This document shows, piece after piece, positions 55,720 through 64,000 of a stretch of DNA of 64,000 nucleotides. The notes under the pieces were generated by a model that saw only the letters and a program-made list of their open reading frames with translations, was not told where the DNA came from and did no database searches. Positions within the stretch are counted from its first letter, which is position 1. Each line of letters starts with the position of its first letter. The stretch covers positions 11,532,001-11,596,000 of the forward strand of contig NC_043000.1 of the NCBI RefSeq assembly GCF_006345805.1. Direction: 5' to 3'. Made by a program: the position numbers and the translations under genes. This stretch comes from Octopus sinensis. Taxonomy: Eukaryota.

Positions 55720-57000
55720 TATTTTGAGTTGATATTCTTTCTGAATATCTGTAGCGAATTGGTGCTTTGTTGAAAATAATTTCGAAATTGTGCATGAGTT
55801 TCATATCAGTTTACTTCTAGAATAAGCTGTTAGTCTTGTTAGAATGTTCTGTTTAAAGTTATATTACGTTTTTATTTTCCATAGCTCAAAAGGAAACCGG
55901 AGAGAGATTTGAAAATTTTTTTTGTACGTGTTTCAAAACTTGTTTCTAGTTGGCACGAAATTTTTGTGGATGTGAAGTAAATTCCATATACGTATGCTTT
56001 AGATGTATTATTAATCTGTATCGCGCAGTGCTATATTATACATTTATCTCGACATTTGGAATCTATGGGGCAGTTGATAGGGATCATACAATTGCAGTTA
56101 TTTGTAGTCAGGTTAGTTGAGGGCTTATTGAAATTACAAAGTTGGTTTGATACATGCGTGTGAAAAAAATTGAAGTTGTGAAGTAGATTTTATTGGGGTT
56201 TTATTAAAGATATTTGAAGATATGTGATTAATACATGTTATGTAAAAAGTCTGGATAACATATTTGCGATTGAGTTTATAATAGTAAAATTTAAAAGGAG
56301 GATTATACCACGTAAATTCCATTTTCCTATTTATATGGGCTGTAATTATAATATTTTCAACGTACGTAATTTTCTTTTTGAAGTCATTTCTGGAAAGAGA
56401 ATTATTATAATAATTAGAAAAGTTCGTCAATATTTCTTTCTAGTTTCAGATATTTGCCACGTAAGTGAAATATTTTCAAACTAAATTAATACTCTTTGAA
56501 TTGTTTGTTATTTGGGGTATATAGTTTAAATTTTCTTTTGTTTTACGATAGGGCAGAGGGAGAAACAGAGAGTTACGGAGAATTAAAACTGCATTCATAA
56601 AATGAGTGGTAGAAAGATTAGTATCTGTAGAAGTTTTCTAAAGTTATTTGTTACAATTATTCAGAACTAAGAGAATATTGTCTGCGTAAAGGTCGCCTTC
56701 GAGTTTGGGAAATTTACTTTTAAATTAGAACATATGTTTCTATAAGTTCGCTATTTTCAGCAGAGTTGTGGAGCCCATGTTAACACTAAAATAAATATAA
56801 GACAGCTTTTTATTCACACAGTTATTAAAATTCTTAATAGTTTTTCGTACATTTATCATAAAATTTATTTCGAAAACTGTAATATCTGCGACCGCTCTGG
56901 TGAAATTAAGATCGTTGATAAGTAATGTTTTAATGACCGAGTAGTAGCCATTTTTCATTTCAAATTGTACCAATCTGTTTTAAATTTTAGAATAGCTCTG
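55720..57000 (-). mobile_element. Penelope-like element ORF relic (RT plus GIY-YIG)
   Basis: Degenerate motifs in order: YFSVNMGS, GDLYADN (YxDD position), WYNPPF, IFN, CNC..CP...C and KAY(V)YG. Confidence 0.75.
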
Positions 57001-57106
57001 AGCCATTCTAATAACTGAAATGGTGTTATTCCTTAATGATAACAATGTTACTTCCTTGAGTTCTGGAATGATTTTATTAAATATATGTTTATTAATAATT
57101 ATCCAT

Positions 57107-57485
57107 AGGAGTGACTGTGTGGTAAGTAGCTTGCTTACCAACCACATGGTTCCGGGTTCAGTCCCACTGCGTGGCACCTTTGGCCAGTGTCTTCAACTAT
57201 AGCCTCGGGCCGACCAAAGCCTTGTGAGTGGATTTGGTAGACGGAAACTGGAAGAAGCCCGTCGTATATATGTATATATGTGTATATATGTATATGTGTG
57301 TATATGTTTGTATGTCTGTGTTTGTCCCCCCCCCCAACATCGCTTGACAACCGGTGCTGGTGTGTTTATGTCCCCGTAACTTAGCGGTTCGGCAAAAGAG
57401 ACCGATAGAATAAGTACTAGGATCACAAAGAATAAAGGCGATGATCCAGCATGGCCGCAGTCAAATGACTGAAAGAAGTAAAAAG
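57107..57485 (+). mobile_element. SINE family A
   Basis: Homology to 28461-28904. Confidence 0.9.
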
Positions 57486-58798
57486 AAAAAAAAATCTGTT
57501 TTTGTAAATTATGGTTCTTAAATGTAAAGTATGGTTGTTACGGTGTAAGAGTTTTACTTCTATCATCACTACACAAATCACGCATAATCTTCTGGCCTTG
57601 GATATCTATTCTAATTCACAACAGAGGCATATAAGAGTCGGTAAAAGTAAAGTCGTGTGTTTTGCAAAGAATTTGGGTGTCATCTAATTGTATTTTCGAA
57701 CTTTTAATTTCCGGAAATTTGGTGTTAAGTTTCTTCTGGTAACATTTGTTTATTTTATTTTATTTTACCTATTTTATTTATTTTTTTGTTTTAGTGGGTT
57801 TTAAATTAATAAAGATACTTCACCTTTAAAAAGCTGGGGTACTTTATTGGTGAGTGTGCATGTATGTGCGTGTGTTTGTGGCGTATATGCATTGTCTGCA
57901 TGTGTGTGTGTGCGTACGCGCGCGCTTTTGAAGCCAAATTTGGATGTATTCGAATTGTTGCCCTTTTATCGAGAACAAAGGTTAAGTAACTTCGTCTTCA
58001 ACGTCAAAGAACAGTTTTTTCCTCCCATTAAGTACTTCAGGTATTTTTTCCAAATGGGAATGACAATGTTCTTAGTAGATATCCCTATTCTTGGTTTCAG
58101 CATTTTAGAACAATGGTTTATTAAACAGATGCTTACTTAATATAGAAATTATTTGTTCGTTAAAACAAAGCTACAAGCTAGAAAAAAAAAAGGAAGTCTA
58201 TTCTATTGTAGCAGAGTAAATAATTTCTTTTTAACGAATTGAATGTGACAAATATTCACTCTAATTTTCTCTCGGATAGATTTCGTCGAACTTTAATTGA
58301 AAATTAGAAACTGTTCGCATGTTTAGGTTTATTGCAAGTAACGAAGGTAGAAAGAAAGAGAAGAGTAGGAGATGGGAGGTCTTAATTGTTTATAGAGAAC
58401 AGTTATGTGTTAGTTTGGGGTGGAGACTTACAGGATAATGATGAATGTGAGGTGTGAAAACTAAGCAATAAGCAACACGGTTAATTGTTAAAGATAATGG
58501 TGAGTTCGCCTATGCTGTCTAATTCTAAAAGTAAACTGTGATTAAAAGTAAATCTGTGATTGAATGTAGCAGGAGACCCATGAGAGCTACAACTAAAACG
58601 AAATTCAGAATTAATAGAATTGGTGTGTGAAACTGTAAGAGAGCTAAGATTAAGAAAGTGAAAATTAATAGATGTAATTGAGACGATAATCAGATAAACA
58701 AACGTGTAACTTGATGAACGGGTTAAAATATAATCTTACAGATTATTATTGAAAAAAACATATGAGTGACATGAAGTACCTTTGTGAATTTCTATTTG

Positions 58799-59237
58799 GG
58801 ATCTTTTCGGTTTGAAAGGCAGTTTTTTCTAGCGGTGTCATATGAAATTGTCACCCATAATTATGACCCTACTATCGAGCTATTGCATTTCAATCTGTTT
58901 TAGGGTTAAGGTTAGTTAGGGTTAGGGTTAGGGTTAGGGGTGGGGGGAAGGGTATTTTTTTTTTCTTCAGAAATGTAAATAAACCCAATCTGTTTCTTAA
59001 ACGAGGGACATTTTCATACGGCACAGAATTTTTCACCTCAATAGACGTCATTGATTTGTTGAAATTGCAGAAATTGAAGAAAAAAAACATTAAATATCTT
59101 ACAAACTATAGAATTTTCTCAATAAAGCCAGGAGAAATAGATGTTTTGTAAACACATTCTACCAGTATACGAAGTTTAAAAGTGTTTAGTTACGTGGAAA
59201 TTATTTTAAAAAACTGCCGTTCAAACCGAAAATATCC
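58799..59237. mobile_element. MITE with ~30-bp TIRs, 8-bp TSD and internal TTAGGG repeats
   Basis: TIRs GGATCTTTTCGGTTTGAAAGGCAGTTTTT and AAAAACTGCCGTTCAAACCGAAAATATCC; TSD TCTATTTG at 58791 and 59238. Confidence 0.85.
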
Positions 59238-59624
59238 TCTATTTGTCATAATCCAATTGATTGCCAGTTAAATGGTTATGTATTAGAACTCAATGCATAT
59301 AGGAAATGTAAAAAAGTGAATAACGATAAATACAGGAAGTTTTAAACAGTCATTGTCTTCTGAGGTCAGATTTTAAAATGTATGAAAAGCATAAAGCCTA
59401 AAGGAGATATAATTGAGAGTACGAAATATGTATGTATGCAAGTACGTACGCATGTATGAATGTATGTCCTGGGTATGACTTTAAACTTCATCTGATAGTG
59501 GAAACCCCTCTTAGCCATTATTATTCTCAGGTCCTTGTTAGGGTCTCTATTAATTAACGTGTGAACTACTAGGAGTGCGGAACCCCTAGTAGTTATTAGA
59601 AATTCCTTCTAGAAGGTAAACTCA

Positions 59625-59843
59625 TACTCTTTTACTCTTTTACTCTTTTACTTGTTTCAGTCATTTGACTGCGGCCATGCTGGAGCACCGCCTTTAGTCG
59701 AGCAAATCGACCCCGGGACTTATTCTTTGTAAGCCCAGTACTTATTCTATCGGTCTCTTTTGCCGAACCGCTAAGTGACGGGGACGTAAACACACCAGCA
59801 TCGGTTGTCAAGTAATGCTTGGGGGACAAACACAGACACACAA

Positions 59844-59874
<31 letters not shown>

Positions 59875-60047
59875 CACATATATACGACAGGCTTCTTTCA
59901 GTTTCCGTCTACCAAATCCACTCACAAGGCATTGGTCGGCCCGGGGCTATAGCAGAAGACACTTGCCCAAGGTGCCACGCAGTAGGACTGAACCCGGAAC
60001 CATGTGGTTGGTTAGCAAGCTACTTACCACACAGCCACTCCTGCGCC
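59625..60047 (-). mobile_element. SINE family A, full length
   Basis: Reverse-complement homology to family A. Confidence 0.9.
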
Positions 60048-60319
60048 TTATATATGAAAAGAAAACCTGAAGTGCAATTGGTTACTTCTCGTCTCAATCT
60101 CTGTTATGCCACTGGTGTTATTGCTGATGGTGCAGAAAAGTGAGTTCAGTGCTGTGCAGCACTTAATCCACTCCAAACAAATTCATGCACAGGAACTTTT
60201 TGGACTCTTGAAACGTTTGCACGGACAAACTGACTTTAGGAAATGATTTTCCTCGGTCGCGAGTTTACTTCCACCATGTGTGTAGTTAGCTAAGTAGGAG
60301 ATAGCTAGGGAGAGAGGTA

Positions 60320-60857
60320 TTGGGTTGTCCGGAAAGTTCATGCCGATTTTTAAAGGAAAGAAAAAGGTCCGTAAAATACTTGCCATTACATTTTTAATCA
60401 ACCAAATATGAACCATTTTGTTGCACAATGCGTCTCCATCTTTCCTTTAACTTGAAAATACCCTCTTCCCAAAATTGAGGTGGTTTCAAGGCAAAGAATT
60501 CATCAAGGTATCTTTTTACGTCATCCAAGGAATTGAAATTTTTACCATCAAGACTATTCTGCAGAGACCTGAATGAGTGGAAATGCGAAAGAGCAATATC
60601 TGGTGAATATGGAGGGTGGGGTAACACATCCCAGCTGAGCTGCAGCAATTTTTGTCTGGTTCCCAAAGCATCAAGTGCCGAAAATGAACTTTCTTATCTA
60701 GGTTATAGGAACATAAATCTTCTTCCACGAAAAGATAGCTTAAACTGTGCTTTAAATGGAGGTGTAATCAAATCCTATTTTATGGACTCAGCCATGTTCT
60801 AAAATAAGTCGAAAGTTAAGCTGCTATAAATCGGCTCGAACTTTCCGGACAACCCAA
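60320..60857 (-). mobile_element. Internally deleted mariner transposon
   Basis: 30-bp TIRs (TTGGGTTGTCCGGAAAGTTC..), TA TSD, N-terminal KVHFRHLMLW fused to C-terminal WDVLPHPPYSPD..FRSLQNSL..GI.KL.ERW. Confidence 0.93.
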
Positions 60858-61269
60858 TAGATTCATAAGATGTGAGAAGCATCGGGTACAATTGTGCTTA
60901 AGTGAGTGTTAGCGTTAATGTTTGTAGTTAGCAAATACTGCGTGCATAATTGGGATCTCTGATTACATCTAGTGCAACTAGTTAGACTTTTGAACGAAGG
61001 TTTAAAAAACGATTGGTACGAGTTTCTCCATCTTCAAAGCTTCCATTGTGCTTCCTCGTGGCTACACATGGAAACTGGGAACCTCACAGCCTCAGTCTGA
61101 ATAATAAGGAATCTGGGAAGAGAGATAGCCCTAGAGTTGCGACGCGCAGACCATCAATGTGGTCTGAAAAACATCTGATGGTTTAACAATTCTGAAGGGT
61201 CTGAAAAGTACCGGGCTGAGGTGATGCAAATATTTGAACACAACTTGTTCAGAACTCTACTGCCGATCA

Positions 61270-61490
61270 CATCGTCTTTGATAACGTGCCTGAATTTCCT
61301 TTGATGCATAACCTCAGTCTACCATCAGCCTTTGAGAAAGATCCATCAACGATCCGTTCTTTTAAGAACAAGTCCCTTGGTGTTGAAAATATTCTTGTTG
61401 AACTACAGAAGAGAGAAGAGTATGTGCACATACGCACCTTCTACTTGTATTATATTATTGAGGTCTGACTGAAGACTAAAGTACCCCACT
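61270..61490 (+). mobile_element. Possible RTE-like RT N-terminal relic
   Basis: NKSLGVENILVELQK resembles the K(A/S)PG.D.I..ELLK motif preceding RTE RT domains. Confidence 0.4.
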
Positions 61491-61529
61491 GGAATGGAAA
61501 TGTGCAAGCAACGTAGTCATTTATATATA

Positions 61530-61901
61530 TCTTTATATAAGTTGTGTGTCTGTCTCCTACGATTTAGATTCCTAACTACTCCCACATTTTGCGGTGCAGT
61601 TTAACCAAAACCGGGTATCTTATAGTCGTGATTCATATCGAGCCCTTCTGGGTATTAGCGCGCGTCTACGATGAGTCTACGATTAAAAAAAAAATTACCA
61701 TCATTTTTTCCATTTTAATGCATTTTTTCGCTATTATATAAGGGAAGTAACTCTCTAAAAATGTCTACGATGAATCAACGATTTAAAAAAAATTTTTCCA
61801 TTTTAATGCATTTTTTTGCTATTTTTTGGCTATAACTCTTTAAAAATGCTTATATAGTTATTTCCCTTACAAACCCGAGCAACGCCGGGCGATACTGCTA
61901 G
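61530..61901 (+). mobile_element. Non-autonomous Helitron
   Basis: A|TC start, subterminal hairpin CCCGAGCAACGCCGGG (61874-61889) and a CTAG|T end. Confidence 0.8.
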
Positions 61902-61933
<32 letters not shown>

Positions 61934-62151
61934 TGACAAGTAAATCTATCTATCACTCCTTTCTATTGCTTGTATGGTCCTAGAAAAGTGAGAAGCTGAT
62001 CAACAGGTGGATTTAGGAAGAAGAATTGCACGACCAACAGACCAGAATGACACTGCTATTTTAATTCCGGGAAGTTGCCTCCTCCAACTGGTTATTCAGC
62101 GCACTTTGCAATACATATGTATTCCCTTCTCTGGATCTTTCCTTCTCCTAT

Positions 62152-62186
62152 GTTTCCGACGAAGAGTTCCGCTCGAAACGTTAAAC
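62152..62186 (+). ncRNA. Minimal hammerhead-like motif (PLE-type)
   Basis: GUUU-CCGACGA-A-GAG uuccg CUC-GAAAC GUU-AAAC; U4C core variant. Confidence 0.55.
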
Positions 62187-62703
62187 CCTCCTTCTTTCCT
62201 GAGCGTCCAATAATACTATATTTGTTCCACGTCCTCGCGTTGTTGTGTTTTTTTGTGCTTTCATGTTTGGATTAACTGTATATACATATACATACATGTA
62301 TATACAGATACATATATGTGTACACACACACATGTATGTATATGCATATGAAATCATCATCATTTTAATGTCCACATTTCCACGTTTGCACAAGTCAAAC
62401 AGAATTTCTTGAGACTGATTTCCAACAGTCAGATGCTCTTCTTGTTGCCAAGTCTCATATCTGTTTCCAAGGAAGGTAATATTTTCCCATTGGTTGGACA
62501 TGTTTCCTCGAGAGATTGGAAATGAATGATACCGTTGTATGGCAGTAACACAAACCGTTTACAACTATTGCACAGTTTCAAGACAAGAAGACACAAACAC
62601 ACACACACACACACACACAACACACACATATATATATACACGCATATGCATATATACACAAACATACATATATATATGCATGTGTATATGTGTGTGTATA
62701 TAC

Positions 62704-62736
<33 letters not shown>

Positions 62737-62907
62737 CCTATATATATATATAGGTATGTGTGTGTATGTGTGTGAGTGCGTGTGTGTGTGTGTGTGTTTG
62801 TTTGCATGTGTATGTGAGAGAGAGAGACAGTCTTCAGAATATAAGTTTTCATTCCTTCATAAAAGTTATCATATACCAAGAGTTCTGAACCACCACCCTT
62901 AATACCA

Positions 62908-63310
62908 ATGTCTGTTCTTGTTTGTCCCCTCTATGTTTAGCCCCTTGTGGGTAATAAAGAAATAGGTATTTCGTCTGCCGTTACGTTCTGAGTTCAAATT
63001 CCGCCGAGGTCGATTTTGCCTTTCATCCTTTCGGGTTCGATTAAATAAGTACCAGTTACGCACTGGAGTCGATATAATCGACTTAATCCGTTTGTCTGTC
63101 CTTGTTTGTCCTCTCTGTGTTTAGCCCCTTGTGGGTAGTAAAGAAATAGGTATTTCTTCTACCATTACATTTTGAGTTCGAATTCCGCCGAGGTCGACTT
63201 TGCTTTTCATCCTTTCGGAGTCAGTAAAATTAGTACCGGTTATTTACTGGGGATTGATGTAATCGACTTAATCCATTTCCCCCAAAATTTGAGGCCTTTT
63301 GCTTCCAGTA
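62908..63310 (+). mobile_element. SINE family B headless tandem multimer
   Basis: AAAGAAATA|GGTATTTC junctions at 62965 and 63149 (period 184). Confidence 0.85.
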
Positions 63311-63779
63311 GAAAGGATGTGTGTGTGTTCTAGTAGACGAGTTCATCATTTGTATGTGTATCAGACAAAGAAAGCAAATTGCAAAGTATATGTGTGTGAG
63401 TTTATGTAATTAAAAGTGTCTTTGAGCTTTTTTGGAGCAGTTGCGTGCGTGTGTGTGTCTGTGCGTGGAACACAGAGGAAAGAGGAAAGTGAGAGAGAAA
63501 GAGAGAGAACAGGAAAAGATTCTATAAGAAAATTTCTCTACGTGGTTTCTTGACCTGTTAGAACTAACACCTAATTCTCCAAAGATGATATCCTATCATC
63601 TAAAAAACTGGATGGACGCATTGGATATTGAAGCCTTTATGCTATTCAAAAAAGACGAGATGGTCATGGTGGTAACGTCTTTGAACATAGGTCTTTTCAA
63701 TCAGAACAGACCTGATTTGGAGCTAAACAACATACAACAATCACAGTGAGAACGTAGTCTATCTGTATCTCCCCCTCTT

Positions 63780-63912
<133 letters not shown>

Positions 63913-64000
63913 CTAAGAGAATGGACAAGAGATTAGTAAAAGTATTGTCTGTGAGTGTGAGAACGAATACAAAACGTGTAAAAGGAAGTCTATGTAAAAG

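Noticed and set aside
63528-63750. ~70-codon open frame as a host exon
   Set aside because: No recognisable domain or clear splice signals, and the length is attainable by chance.

Overview
Repeat-rich, AT-rich eukaryotic genomic DNA, most likely from an octopus or other coleoid cephalopod. This is inferred from a tandem C2H2 zinc-finger gene of the cephalopod-expanded type, several recurrent tRNA-derived SINE families and very dense microsatellites. There is one credible protein-coding gene: a 21-finger C2H2 ORF at 23439-25229, with an intact 22nd finger directly behind its stop codon. The rest is transposable-element debris: five SINE families, RTE, Tx1/L1 and Penelope-like (PLE) LINE relics, a solo LTR with a 4-bp TSD, an internally deleted mariner, small Helitrons and MITEs. 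The most notable structure is a 362-bp tandem/fold-back repeat at 6884-8000. Each unit carries a minimal type I hammerhead ribozyme with a compensatory U3:A8 core, which is a retrozyme-like architecture. More degenerate hammerheads occur at 29443, 35721 and 62152. Also notable are a ~7-copy 547-bp fold-back array (1411-5305), several long near-perfect palindromes abutting (TA)n tracts, and a reconstructable ~3-kb inversion with a duplicated breakpoint (34382-37740). Almost all short ORFs in the supplied track are microsatellite or repeat artefacts. Coordinates were read by eye; repeat boundaries may be off by a few bases.
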